The position numbers and the translations under genes are program-made. This document shows, one piece after another, positions 41,034 through 54,669 of a stretch of 64,000 bases of DNA (position 1 is the stretch's first letter; the number at the start of each line of letters is the position of its first letter). This DNA comes from Eledone cirrhosa (lineage: Eukaryota), in the NCBI GenBank assembly GCA_964016885.1, contig OZ024743.1, positions 276,086,001 through 276,150,000 on the forward strand. Reading direction: 5' to 3'. A model generated the notes under the pieces. It did no database searches, was not told where the DNA came from, and saw nothing but the letters and a program-made list of their open reading frames with translations.

Positions 41034-41676
41034 ATACACATACATACACACATATATATATATACATGTATATATATGTGCGTATACGCGTGTGCGCGCA
41101 TGCACACACACACGCACAAATGTATTGGTATATTGATAGGTTAGACATGTGTGAATCAATAGACTGTGTAGATGTTGACTGGACAGATAGATCATCGTCA
41201 TTATCATCATTCTTATACAACCGGTTTTCTATGCTGGTATGGGTTGGCCAGAACATTTGAGGCAGTCTTTCATAGCTGAATGAACTTCTAGACACCAATC
41301 CTCTTATATGACACACAGCATGGTTAATGTATTTGCTTTGCAAACATGTGGCTCCAACTTCATTCCCTTTGTATAGAATATCAAGCAAATGTCTTCTAGC
41401 ATACACTGCGAGTAGAAACTATGCAAAAAAGAGAGATAGGAGAAGGAGGAAGTGTGTGCGTGTGCGCGCGCGTGCACTGGTTATTAAGACTGGTGTTGTG
41501 TTTGGCTCTGTCTTGCAAATTAGGGTTCATGAATGTACAAGATGTAAACTGGCCTTACCTCTGACCCTCAAATTGCTGGCCATATGCCTTGGCTATTTAG
41601 ATAAACTAAATAAGTTTAAAAGATACCAAAGTTCACCAAAATTTAAATCATACACACACACATCCATATACATATA

Positions 41677-41730
<54 letters not shown>

Positions 41731-41890
41731 ATAACAAGTTATCGTTATAGGTAATCCAGTTAGAGGTTGTGGGTACTCTGCGTCATGGATAGTTTTAACG
41801 TACGGCTTTGTTTGACTCAACAAGATGTTTCCATAGTGATGCAGCGAGTTCGCGGTAATTCCTATGCAGGTTATACTTAGAGTAATAATA

Positions 41891-42182
41891 GTGAAAGAAT
41901 GAAGAGTAACATGGTTGGCTGTACAATAAGGGTCTTTATTTCAAGTACTGACAATTGTTTCATTGATCAAGTGAGTCTATATAAGTCTTGTCTCGAGTGA
42001 ATTATTTTTATATCTACGTACTCTGATGTGTCGATCAGAGGTAAATAATGTATTGGAGATCGGGTGACGCAACTTCAAGTGATTAGCGACCTCTAGACTC
42101 ACCTGATCAATGAAACAAGTGTCAGTACTTGAAATAAAGCCCCTTATTGTACAGCCAACCATGTTACTCTTCATTCTTTCAC
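41891..42182. mobile_element. Inverted-repeat element with ~89-bp arms carrying a hammerhead motif (probable Penelope-type inverted pseudo-LTR)
   Basis: Arms 41891-41979 and 42094-42182, TA flanks, right end runs into (TA)n. Confidence 0.7.
42018..42128 (+). ncRNA. Candidate hammerhead ribozyme (minimal helix III, long loop II; A9 substituted in this copy)
   Basis: GTACT CTGATGT [GTCGATCAG...CTGATCAAT] GAA AC AAGT GT C AGTAC. The inverted arm has the perfect palindrome ACAATTGT. Confidence 0.6.
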
Positions 42183-42677
42183 TATATATATATATATATA
42201 TACGGGGGAGTGGGGGGGGGGGGGGGAGTATTGATAAAACAGATGTGGGAAACAAGGTTTGCTAGAAAACTGTCACGACAAAATGTAAATACATAAAAAT
42301 ATCAAAGACTATATATATATATTAATGTGGATATGTAATGATAGCTGGTGAAAGAGAGGGGGGGGGGGGCCAACAGGAAAAATGCAGGTAGATAGGAGTG
42401 AATAATAAATTGTTAAAAAAAATGTTCCACCCTTTGTTTCATTTTTTAAATTACATTCTTCTGTCTCACCGTACAGCAGATATGGTTCAAATGAAACCCT
42501 CAGTAGAAAGGGGAGGGTGAATCTATCTGTATTCCAGCTAGATGGGGAACCATGTATGTGCTAAGTGTAAATTAACTTTGGTTGGAAGTGGTGGGAGAAG
42601 GGCAAACATAGGTATGGCATACTCTTGGCACCAGGAAGAGCATCCAGCCATAAAACAATGCTTCAAAAATCTCTGAA

Positions 42678-43799
42678 CATCATCATCATCATCATCGTTT
42701 AACGTCCATATTCCATGCTCGCATGGGTTTGGACGGGTGTTTTCCCACTTGAGGCAAGAGTGGTTGTCTTGCTCGCATAGGACTGTCTGGCGGGTTGCCC
42801 TTCCTAACACCAACCACATTTACAGTGTGGAACTGGGAGGTTTTTACCGTGTTACCTACACGGCACATTACAGCGTGGACTGTGTGTTTTTTTTGTCGTG
42901 ACACCTACACGACCTCATTTGTTTCGGGCTGGATGTTGTGGTACCAACATAACTTTACATTGAAAGGGGTGGTGTGGATGGGGTGGGGGTAGTGGGACGG
43001 GGGTGTATTTTGTTAGAGGTGCCTACTGACTGTAGTAGGTTTCACTTTGCACTTAGGTAAGGCGGGTCTTCTCTATTACTGTGTAGCGCCAAAGATCTTG
43101 GTCCAGTGACATTGTCTTGGAGAGGTGTAAGTGTGTGAGGTCGGAATTTATCAAGTCGTCCCAGGTATTTCTGGGCCTGCCTACTCCGTGGCTACCGTCT
43201 ATTTTTATTGCCCTGCACATTTTTATACAGCTGTCATCTTTCATGCGCATCACGTGACCATACCAACGTAGTCTTCTCTCGAGTAAACAACATCTGATCC
43301 CTCTTATTTCTAATTTCTCCCTTAGTTCGTTTATGCTTTGCCGTTCACGTATATTACTATTACACATCCAGCGGAGCATGCGAGCTTCGTTTCTCTCCAG
43401 TCTGTGTATATCCTCTGCACACAATGCCCAGGTCTCACTGCCATGTAACATTGCTGTTCGTATGCAGGCATCATACAGCCTGCCTTTCATTTTTAGAGAG
43501 AACCCTTTAGCGGCCAATAGTGGTATAAGCTCTCTGAAATTTTTCCATCCCGTTCTGACTTTAGCTACTGTACTTTCAGACCACCCTCCCCCACTGCTGA
43601 TTTTATCACCCAGGTAACGGAAGCTGTCCACTATTTCTATAGAACCATCTGTGCAATGGAATGAGTTAGTATTCTGTGGGCACTTGCTGCTACTTATTGC
43701 ACCAGAGCACCGGCCACATATAAAATCTATATTCTTAGTTAGCTTACCTGTGATCCCACTACATCTTTTATGTACCCGTACTTTGCATTTGGGACATAA
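42678..43799 (-). mobile_element. Second, 5'-truncated copy of the RTE LINE (ORF remnant 43053-43799)
   Basis: Collinear with 24229-25348, including the 3' UTR and (GAT)n tail; frame still open; truncated within the PHD finger. Confidence 0.95.
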
Positions 43800-43875
43800 C
43801 CCATGTAAAAACAATTATATATATATATTTATATAAGAATGGCTTTCCAAAGAGGAATGGAAGAGGACTACAGTT

Positions 43876-44040
43876 AAATAAAGTGTTCAATACATTAGCA
43901 GAACAGGTACAAATCTATTTCATATAGAACTAACCTCCACAAGACTAGAACTATTTCATTCATTTGAAATTATCAGGAATTTCCTGATGATTTAAACGGA
44001 ATGAACCAAATTCTAGTCCAGTAGAAGTCATTCCCATATA
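43876..44040. mobile_element. Head-to-head pair of decayed hammerhead-bearing repeats (same family as 36230-36326)
   Basis: Inversion centre ~43980. + copy CTGATGA..GAAC..GTAGAAG; - copy CTGATAA..GAAATAG. Flank TCAATACAT..GCAGA shared with 36241-36255. Confidence 0.55.
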
Positions 44041-44219
44041 TATATGTGAAGATAGCAATGACAAATATTTTTAAAGTCAGTTTTAATTCTTAATTAAGGT
44101 TCTGCAAATGTGACTGTCGCCTGTGCATAAGACACTCCCCTTCATCTCTCACACCAAATTTGTGGAATCATTTCCCCAACAATCACCCACTAAGTTTGTG
44201 AGAGTTGATACAGTAATAA

Positions 44220-44670
44220 ACAGACTGGGAGATCAAAGTCAGCCGAACAGATATTATCGTCAAAGACCACAAAGAAAAAATGTCTTATTGATGTATCAAT
44301 CCACAAAAATGACAATATATTTACCAAGGAAATGGAAAAACTATCCAAATATAAATATCTAGAGATAGAAATAACTTGAAAGTAGATAATGAAAACAGAA
44401 ACAATACCTATAATAATAGGTACTCTAAGAATGATAATAAAAAAAATAAAAAAAAACACAAGATAGATACATCACCAAAACCCCAGAACTTAGAAATATA
44501 TACAGCATATAAAAAAATAACACTAGTCACTACACACACACACATTACCTAGAGTACTTTTAATACAATAGAAAGAACATTACCCAAAACCACAGTGTAC
44601 ATGCCCAAGGCACACAGAGCTGTGCTCAATAATGTAGTGATGATGCACAATAAAAATAAGACTAATAATA
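44220..44670 (+). pseudogene. Decayed R4/Dong-like LINE restriction-like endonuclease domain and 3' end
   Basis: TDWEIKVSRTDIIVKDHKEK / CLIDVSIHKNDNIFTKEMEKLSKYKYLEIEIT*K*IMKTETIPIIIGTL matches RPD..IDV..EK..KY..L..P.VIG.LG; followed by TAA repeats. Confidence 0.75.
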
Positions 44671-44734
44671 ATTATTATTATTATCATTTCTTTATTATCA
44701 ATAATAATAATAATTCCATCTTAAGAGTCATAAT

Positions 44735-44920
44735 TGTTTCTACTTTTGGCACAAGGCCAGCAATTACCCAGTGTATTACTGGTACTTTATTTTATCGACC
44801 CCGTAAGGATGAAAGGCAAAGTCAACCTCGGCGGGATTTGAACTCAGAATGGTAAGGGCCGTAACTCTATGCGTCAAAGCATGGCGTCCGACCCTCTACC
44901 GATACTGCCAATCCACCGCC
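44735..44920 (-). mobile_element. Young full-length tRNA-derived SINE with 17-bp TSD
   Basis: Sense GGCGGTGGATTGGCAG.. A box, GAGTTCAAATCC B box, GCCTTTCATCCTTACGGGGTCGATAAA core; TSD ATCTTAAGAGTCATAAT at 44718-44734 and 44921-44937. Confidence 0.9.
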
Positions 44921-46301
44921 ATCTTAAGAGTCATAATGCTCAACAAAGACAATTCTGCAACGAAGCTATGAAATGGGAAAGGTCTTCTGGTGTATAATGT
45001 CAAAGGAGACTTATCCATAAATATTCTCAGTGGATTCATCATCATCCAATATACATAACATTATTATTCTCAATTACTCATCTTTAAGGAAATAGCTGAG
45101 AACTACAAAGCAATTGAATAATTTAAAAAAAAAAATTTTTTTAACCTCAAGTTATGTGTAATCTTCATATTATGCTTCTTCATTAAGAAGGAACCATCAC
45201 AATATTCTATTGTTCATCAATAATGATGAGTTAATTCTAGAAATAGAAAATGTTCCATCTTTTATGCTAATTATATTTTTATTTACAGTAGAATTACATC
45301 TGCAGAATTACAACTAAGTAATATTTGAAGAGCTGAGAATGTTAGCAAGATGAAAATTCATTTTTTTAATATATAAATATATTCATACATCTAATAAATT
45401 CCATGACATTTGTCAAGGATTACATCATCGTTGATGTCAGTATCATTATTTCCTGTGTTTGTGCTTCAATGACAAAGCATGAATGTACTGAGAGAAAAGC
45501 TGAGCAAAAGAATCAAATGTGGTGTGCAAGAGGAAAGGTTGCACTGGTACAGACATGTAATACATATGGATGATGATGATGATCACTGATTGGTAAAATG
45601 CCAAAAGTTCCAAATTTTAGGAAGTCATAGAAGGAGGTGAAACCATGAAAAATGTGTGCAGATGTAGTGAAAATTGATCTCAAGAAATTACACTTTACAC
45701 AAAGATGAAAAATGAAAGTCACAGATGGAGGGATGATGTACTGGAGAGGACTCGCCTAACCCATGCAAGCATACAAAAATTGACATGATGATGATGATTT
45801 CCATGCAGGATTGGACAGATTGTCATGGTTTGAGCCAATTCTTATTTGGCATTTAGTCTTACTTGTACATTCCATTTTCAACATCAGACGACCTTCCTAA
45901 CACCAACAATTTTATAGCATGTACGTTATCATACCCCTAACACTAGAAAGTTTATGTACTTGCCAGGACAAAAAGTCCTCTCAATTATGTATTGTTTACA
46001 ACCATTTGCTAACCACACTTTACAGAATGTTCTTGGTACACTTTATTGAGGCAGCAACACTAGCGCGTTTATCCTTGTCTTTCCAGACTAAAGAATACTC
46101 ACTATTTTACGCTGTCTCCATTAATTCAAGGCATGTGAGGAAGACGGTGAAGAGAAAAGAGAGCAACAACAGAAGAATGTAGGTGAATGAGTGTGAAGGG
46201 AGTAAGAGTATGTGTGTATTTGTAGAAAGATATGACAAATAAATGAATAAGTACACATTATAGTACAGAATTTCTTTCTATTAACAGCCCTAATAATTTA
46301 A

Positions 46302-46620
46302 CTGTTTTCAAACCAAGCTGCTTGATATCGTCTTTGATTCTATTATATAAAACTGTTTATTTTAAAATGTTTGCATTTATCTAAAAACCTTTAAGTTATA
46401 TACAGCTCACTTAATGAGAAAGTTAGTTGCATTACTAAGCTAAGCTAAAGTCTGTCATAAGCCAGAAGACTCGTTAGGATGGTGCTTATCCCAGTTTCAT
46501 GGGTGAAGTGACTGAGAGTACAAGACTCCTCTATATTACTAAGTATTTCTCTAAATTCTTGATAATTGTCTAAATTATTTGAAAACCTAAGTCAATGATA
46601 TAGATATGGTCACAAAAGGG
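46302..46620. mobile_element. TTAA MITE family B interrupted by a short retroposon 3' end (46440-46534)
   Basis: Ends AAAAGGG-TTAA; the insert is flanked by a 9-bp TSD ATTACTAAG (46431-46439 and 46535-46543). Confidence 0.6.
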
Positions 46621-47010
46621 TTAAAAACTTTTTTTTAAATAACAATTTAAAAAAAATATTACTTAGAAACATAAAAAAAAAAAAAATTACTTTCTTTTTA
46701 AAACTATAAATTGATGATTTAAAAACAGACTTACTAGCAATTCTATAAATAAACTAATTAATTGATAGACATTACAAAAGTATCTAAAAGATCAAGAAAA
46801 ACAACCACCAATAAATCTCAAACTTCTCACATCATCATTTTCCAGCTTAATTAAATAATCTACTCTAATATGAAACTGATGATTTCTATTTAAGATTCAT
46901 TAATCAAATGATAAATGTTGATACTTAAACGATAAATTAGCTTTAGGACTTAGCTAAAACGACTGCTAACTATTACTACTACAACTAATAATGATAATAG
47001 TAATAATAAT

Positions 47011-47383
47011 TGTTTCTATTTTTGGCACAAGGCCAGCAGTTACCCAGTACATTACTGGTACTTTATTTTATCGACACCGTAAGGATGAAAGGCAAAGTTA
47101 ACCTCGGCGGGATTTGAACTCAGATCATAAAGGGACGTAACTCTATGCTTCAAAGCATGGTGTCCGACTCTCTACCGATACTGTCAATCTAATAGTAATA
47201 ATAATTGTTTCTACTTTAGGCACAAGGCCAGCAATTACCCAGTGCATTACTGGTACTTTATTTTATCGACCCCGTAAGGATGAAAGGCAAAGTCAACCTC
47301 GGCGGGATTTGAACTGAGATCGTAAAGGGACATAACTATGCTGGAAAGCATGGCGTCCGACCCTCTACTGATACTGCCAATCC
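47011..47383 (-). mobile_element. Two tandem SINE copies (47011-47189 inserted at the tail of 47206-47383)
   Basis: TSD TAATAGTAATAATAAT at 46995-47010 and 47190-47205. Confidence 0.85.
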
Positions 47384-48139
47384 AGGCTCAAGGCCAGTAA
47401 TTTTTGAGGGAAGGAGAAGAGCCTTGTCATAAAATAAACCACTAAAACTGCCTTCTACAATTCATTTATAGGTACTGAATAGAAACCTCTATTCTACATA
47501 CACAAGGTTTTCTAAGTTCAGTAGGCAAGTCACACATTGGTTTTTCACATTGTATTATTGTAGGAAATAAGACAAAAGATTGCAATGAAAAATTTGCCAA
47601 CTTCAACAGCGTAGAAAATTTTTCTTTGCTAAAATATGACTATTTCAAATTCTGTGTACACTGATCCACTGACACTAGATACACCACTATCATGAACTAT
47701 TTCAAACCCAGTGTACACTTATCCCCCACCACACTGGATTATTCCAAATCCTGCGTATACTGATTAAAGACGAGACATCATTTATCTATTGTTGATATTT
47801 ACTGTTTTCCAAAATACAAATATTTTTGCTATTTAAATTAAATTCCCATGACAAGAGTCACAATTTGAAATCAGAATACAAAACTTAGCAAATCATCCCT
47901 TATTGATGCTCTAATACAGATATCTAAACTGTCACAACATTTTACTGTGTTATAAAATTCAGTTGAATGTGATCAATTCTCAAGAATATTTGGCTATGGA
48001 GTTATATTACAGGTAAATAGGATTGAAAAATAATCTGTAAATAAAATAATTAGACATCAATGGTGTGTTAAAATCTTTCTTGAACTTAGAGGCTCAACAG
48101 ATTAGAGTTCTATCCCAGCTACCTAAAACTGTATCTTTT

Positions 48140-48670
48140 AATACCAAACCAATTGAAACCTCCTTGGTTCTTACAGTACAAAACTATGTGTTTACATTTA
48201 TCTAAAATCTTTCTATTATAATTTTATGTAAGAACCTTTAAGTTATGTTCCAAATACCAAGATAATTCTTTCTACTTTAGGTACAAGGCCAGCAATTTGA
48301 AGGGGAGGGGAAAGTCGATTAAATCGATCCCAATACGTTACTGTTACTTTATTTTATCGACCCCTGTAAGGATGAAAGGCAAAGCTAACCCCGACAGGAT
48401 TGAAGATAATAATTGTTCCTACTTTTGGCACAAGGCCAGTAATTATCCCCAGAACGTAAAGGGCCATAACTATGCTACAGAGCAACCTATCTACTGTCAA
48501 ATACCAAGATAATAATTGTTTCTATTTTTGGCACAAGGCCAGCAATTATCCCAGTGCATTACTGGTACTGAAAGTTAGTTATATTAGTAAACACCTCCAA
48601 ATTCTTGATTATTTTCAATATAATTTGAAAAATCATAGACAGTCTCGTTAGAATTACGGCAATGAAGAGG
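48140..48670. mobile_element. TTAA MITE family B containing nested SINE fragments
   Basis: TSD CAAATACCAAGATAAT at 48251-48266 and 48498-48513; three GG(C/T)ACAAGGCCAG tails; ends GAAGAGG-TTAA. Confidence 0.6.
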
Positions 48671-50333
48671 TTAAGCAAGCAACAGAGCACAATACTCTCT
48701 TTGCCATGAACAGAACACTGATCCGTCACATAAAAGGAAGTGCCTTGCTCAAGGACATAGTACACCACAGAGTCTAGTGATCAGACCACAATCATGCAAT
48801 TGTGATAGAGAAACACCCTTACCACTAGGCTGCGCTTCTTCACAAGGGCATCTCTTAATTGTTAGGGTGTCTGTCTTACAGTAATGAGTTGTGCCCTTGA
48901 GCAAGTCACTTTATTTCATATTGCTCCAATCCCCTCCACACAGCAAGAAAAAAAGGAGTTGTACCTGTAATTAGGGTTAACCTTGTTACCACACAATGTG
49001 TCAAACATCTGGAACACTTGTCTTTAAAACCGACAGGTTGAACACACCTTCACAATGAAGTGTTCAAATGTTTTAAACTCAGGAATAGATTTAAGAATCA
49101 ATAGAAAATATTTCACAAAGGCTAGGTTACAGTCTATTAACAGTCGAATTACAATAATAGAATTACAACCATAGACAAACAATGAGAGAGAGAAAGAGAG
49201 AGGAACTGAATTGGGAAATAAAGCATTCATTAGATTACCCATCATATAAATTGCATAAAATTAGAAGAGATGGTGATGATGTGTTCCAAGTAAATATACA
49301 CACGTGTGTGTGTGTATCCATCAAAATATAATTCCTTAATATATATGTATATAGTCAACCCACTATATGCGCGCGCGCGCACACACACACACACACACGC
49401 ACAATTAACAGGAACCTATAGTACTTGAGGAAATGAGAAAATAGGTTAAATTGGTGTTTGATATTTTAATTTCAATCAATCCAAAATAATTCAATTTTTG
49501 TCAAAATCAAAAATATTAGCAATCAGATCTCTCTCTCTTCAAGAGAAAGTATAGTATATGTTAATGTTTGAGTTTTAAATTGAAAAAAAAAAATCACTAT
49601 CTCCACACTAAACAAACTAATGTGAAACATTTAGCAGATTCACAGATGGTGAAGTGAAGTGCAACACATTCTTTGATTCATTCACCATTCATTTACTTCC
49701 ACACACACAGATCTACATCCATTCTTTCTTACTACCCCATCTCTCTTTCCTCTCTCTTCACATTTTAAATTAAGCAGGCCTGCTAGGAATTAACTAAAGA
49801 TCCTACTCTCGGTGAGTTCTTACTTTTATTAAGGTCAGGAAGTTTAATATGAATACCAACAAAGAAAGACCAAAAAACAAAACAAACAAAAAACAACTAA
49901 AATTGGAGAGGGGGGGGGGGGGCTAATAACATAAAGCATCATGTCTGCTAGCAAGTTGGCATAAGCTGTTTATTTTATGTCTGCTTGAGAAGATTAGTTG
50001 GGGATGATTATGACTCAATAATGTAGCCTTTAGTCTGAGGTGTTTCTATGTGTGTGCGTATGTGAGAGAAAGACAGAGAGAGAGAGGGTTAAGGTTAGTC
50101 CCAGGAACAATACATTGATCTGCAAAAAGAAAAATAAGGAATTTTTATCTCTCTTTCTCTAGTTTTTCTGTCATTTATTTCACACCGAATATAAAGAACT
50201 TAAGTATAATTTTTGAATTAGGCTTATAAACTGATTACAAGTTAATGAGCCAAAGAAACAAAATTACTTTTGAGAAGAGAGCAACAATGGATGAAGAAGT
50301 GAAGAAGTAAAACATGAATTATAGCTTGTAAAC

Positions 50334-50385
<52 letters not shown>

Positions 50386-50613
50386 GCGTGTGAGTGTGTG
50401 TGCGCGCGTGCGCAAATCAGACAAACCTGAGCCAGAAAAATAAATGAACATTTTTCTCAACTAAACTACTTCCTTGCCAAGTAATTACAAATGAAATTAT
50501 ATTTTGTAAAATATATAAATATAGAAGGAGGAATACACAAAAAAGACAACAAAGAAAAAGAAAAAAAAAATATATATATATATACACAATCACATATCAT
50601 TTTACTTCCATTT

Positions 50614-50660
<47 letters not shown>

Positions 50661-51083
50661 TATATGTATGTGTGTGTGTGTGTGTGTGTGTGTGCTCATA
50701 AGGCCTTTTCTAATGTTTATTTTCCAAACAAAAATGTATTGGAGTTTTGTTTTGTTCATCAGGCGAGATCAATAAGCTTTCAGTTTTTGGTGTCAGTAAC
50801 ATTGGAAGATCTGAAGAATTGTCTTATTACAATGATTCCACATTGTTATAGATGCTGGCATGGAGCCGAACTGACTGATCAAATAAAATTTATAACATCT
50901 ATTTTGCTCCCTATGACAGAAACTCTCGCCAAACCTCCCCTAGAATAAATCTACTCAACAAACTGCAATAATACAATTGTTAAAACACTTTTGGCCTTTG
51001 AAATGTTGCTTTTCTCAGTAATTACATATATATTGTAGATCAGTCAAAGCAGAAAAATATCTCTGAGGTAAGATTTGCAATTT

Positions 51084-51435
51084 GTGTATCATAACTTCAT
51101 TGATTTTTTAAAAAAAAGCCTTTGACTATGTTTGGCATCAGGGTTTGTGGAAGGCAATGAAGGATTACCACTTTGACATCAACCTGATTCAAGTAATCAA
51201 ATCACTATATGGCAACTCAAACAATGCAGTTCTACTGAATAACATTGGAGAATTCTTCAGGACAATAGTGAGAGTTCAACAAGGGTGTCTCCTTTCTCCA
51301 GTTATTTTCAACATCTTCCTGGAAAATATCATGCAAAGACTCTACAAGACTTCCACACCTTTGTTTCCATTGGAGGATGGCCCATTTCCAAACTGTGATT
51401 AGCTGATGACATTGATTTGGTAGGAAGCAGTGAAC
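51084..51435 (+). pseudogene. Decayed RTE-type reverse transcriptase fragment (different family)
   Basis: YHNFIDF/KKAFDYVWHQGLWKAM..VQQGCLLSPVIFNIFLE..LADDIDLVG, with frameshifts. Confidence 0.85.
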
Positions 51436-52637
51436 AAAAGACCATTACACTGAAAGGTTATGTCTTCACTCTAATATTGCAAATTTTCACAATGATCTGA
51501 CACTATAAATATGAATTGACAAACCCACATTTAAATGTTTTCTGCTAAATCTTAATCACAAAAAGACAAAATGAGTGAGAAGAGAAAAACCAAGAATTAT
51601 ATGGATTTGAACTTAGAATGTACATATAAGGAGCTGATCAGACCACGGTACCAATATTCCCATTGGTCACTCTATTACTGATACTAAAGAGCTGGATTAT
51701 ATACAAGCAAAGCATTTTGTCCAATGCTCTGCCAGGTTGGTAAAATAAACAAGGAAAAGGTAAAATATAAATGAAACAAAAACCATAAAAAGTATATCTA
51801 CATATACACACACAATAAACATTAAAAAAATAGTGAAACCTAGAGACTAGAGACAAGAGACAACCGAAACTGTTTATATAGAGAAAAACGTGTTTACATA
51901 TACAGTGGCTTTCTTCAGGAGGATTTAAAAGCAATTATGGGTATAAATCTAAATGTTAGAAAACTCAAGATGTCATAATAGAGAGAATATAAACTTTAGC
52001 AACAGACCAAATAAAACAATGTTATGATTTAACCATATTTAAGAATGGCTCACTTTAATCATTATTATGGTTATTATAATTATTATCATCATCATCATCA
52101 GTGTCGTTTATTTTATATTTATTTTGGGGTTTTTTTTTAGTATGTGGTTTGTTTTATTTTGTTGTTTCTCTATTTTCTTTATATTCTTAATTTACTTCCT
52201 TTCTCCCAAACATCACTATGGAACATACTTAAGTAAAATAAATAAAAGCTTAGGAGAAACATGTCTTTGTGTGTGTATGTGTGTATGTAAACGCGTGTGC
52301 GCTCTTATACATTAGGTAAGTTTATTTACATGTATACATGTGTATATAAACACACACATACACATGTATATAATATATATGTGTGGTGGGACCTCTGTTG
52401 GTTCCAACGATGAGTGTTCCAGTTGTTCGAACAGAACTGCTTCATGAAATTATTGTGCAAGTGGCTGAGCATTCCAGATATATGTACCCTTAATGAAATT
52501 CTTGAAGATTCAGCATGGCACTAAATTACAGCCAAAACTCATTTTTGCCAGCTGAGTGAACTGGAGCAATATGAAATAAAATATCTTGCTCAATGTGTGA
52601 CAAAGATTCAATCTTAAGATTGTGCTCCCATTTCCGT

Positions 52638-52846
52638 CCACTGTAAAGTGGTCATGTAGGTGACACACGTCAAAAAGCATCCAGTCCACACTGTAAATGT
52701 GGTTGGCGTTAAGAAGGGCATCCAGTCATAGAAAACCTACGAAAAAAAATTATGTACGAGCAAGACACGGTCTCCCGACCAATCTCGCCTCAAGTGGAAC
52801 AAAACCGTCCAACCCATGCTAGCATGGAAGATGGACGTTAAACAAT
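52638..52846 (+). mobile_element. RTE LINE 3' UTR relic (similar relics at ~15985, 16070, 45757, 54445, 55293, 57420, 60892, 62535)
   Basis: GAAGGGCATCCAG..CGTCCAACCCATGCTAGCATGG..GGACGTTAAAC matches the 3' UTR at 24229-24440. Confidence 0.8.
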
Positions 52847-53502
52847 GTGTGTGTGTGCGTGTGCATACATAAACTGTGTATCCAGTTTAGAGTAACTAGA
52901 CACGCCATATCCCTGCAAGTCATACAAAGCAACTTAAAGGGCATCCAACTGTTAAGCATTGCCTCAAAAGATCCTGTCCATTCAGCATGGAAAAGGCAAT
53001 ATAAAAATGACAATGATGACACACAACACTCACAAAAACAGAGAATATATAAACATGAATGAATGAATATATATATATACTCATCTTTTTCCATTTATCT
53101 GAGGGTTCTAAACCCCATTATCAGGCTAAAATTCCTTTAGTCAAAAATACGGTGAAAGCTATTCTATTTTCTAATTTAAAACCTGCTCACTGTTTCAAAA
53201 CATACTTACTTAATATATATGTGTGTTTTAGAGTTGAGCCAGTAAACAAAAAAACAACAACATGGAGGTGAAGAGGAAGTAGAAAATGTTAATATTAGTT
53301 TCACGCTTGAGAGTGTCCATATGTAGTTGACGGCTGAGAGAAAAGAGTACTCCATACCAAACTAGAGTTTAAATATTCATTTTATTAAAGTTAAATAGGG
53401 ACTCTTAGTTTTGCAAATCTCCAAAGTAACAAGACTCACTATTTAGCCTTAAATAGTCATTTTATATAAAATCATTTTATATATATGTATATATATATAC
53501 AT

Positions 53503-53564
<62 letters not shown>

Positions 53565-53596
53565 GTGCGTGTGCGTGTGTGTGTGCCTGTGTCTGC

Positions 53597-53647
<51 letters not shown>

Positions 53648-54669
53648 ATTGCAGTAAACATAAATATTCTAATCACATAAATAAATTACAAAACAGAGGC
53701 TGGAGAGAAAACAAAATAAAATCATAAATATGTATACGTACGTGTGTGTGTGTGTGTATATATATATATACACACACACACACACATACACATACACATA
53801 CATACATATAAACTATAATAAAATAAATAAAAACGAGAATTCTTCTAATGTAGGAAAAATTATTTTAAGAGTTGGTGCTAATGTTTCTCTGCTGTTTGCT
53901 GATAGATGTTAAATTTTTTATAAAGTTTTTCACAGAACTTAATAAAATCAAAATCCCCAGAGCAGCCGCAAAGCAGATCAACAAATTAATTAAGATAATG
54001 CTGTTGCACTGAGATGAATTAAGTAAAATAAGTTCTGATAATTTCCCAAGTCAATTCATTTTCAAATCCATATGGTAACCCCAACACAGAGGCAGCAGCA
54101 GCGGTGGTGCTGGTGGTGGTGGTGGTGGGTAACCCCAACACAGAGGTAGTGGTGATGGTGGCAGTCGTAGATAATTTCATCCTTCATGGTTCCACAAAAT
54201 ACATAATACTGGCCAATTTATTTCTGAATAGTTGACCAGTGGTCACATACACCATGACCAAATGACTTAAGTAATTTACTTTGAAATTCCACTGAGCAGC
54301 ACCATGAACAAAGTGATTTCACTATAGCCTTCTCACATGAACAACACAACACTGGATTTTATATAAACTAATAAAATGATTGTTTCTCAAACCTCTCACT
54401 TAATGACAACAGTACTTTCAATTAGTCAGTTATTTATTTCATCACTGTTTAACGTCCATTTTTGCCTTGTTGTGAGACAAGTTAAATCAGATCATATGAC
54501 CATGTCTTGTTCATACAGAACTGTTTTGGGGTTGGTTTCTACAGTTGGATGCCCTTCCAATTTACAGCCAATCACATTTACAGCATGGACTGGGTGCTTA
54601 TTTAATCAATTTAAACATCCATATAGAGCTAGTAAGCCATAACAGACTAGGAAAGGTAGCTAATAACCC

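Noticed and set aside
51835-51925. Hammerhead from CTGAAGA and GAAAC motifs
   Set aside because: The two core halves are on opposite strands.
53330-53372. Further hammerhead (CTGAGAGA..GAGTACTC..CAAACTAGAGTT)
   Set aside because: Too many core mismatches to support.
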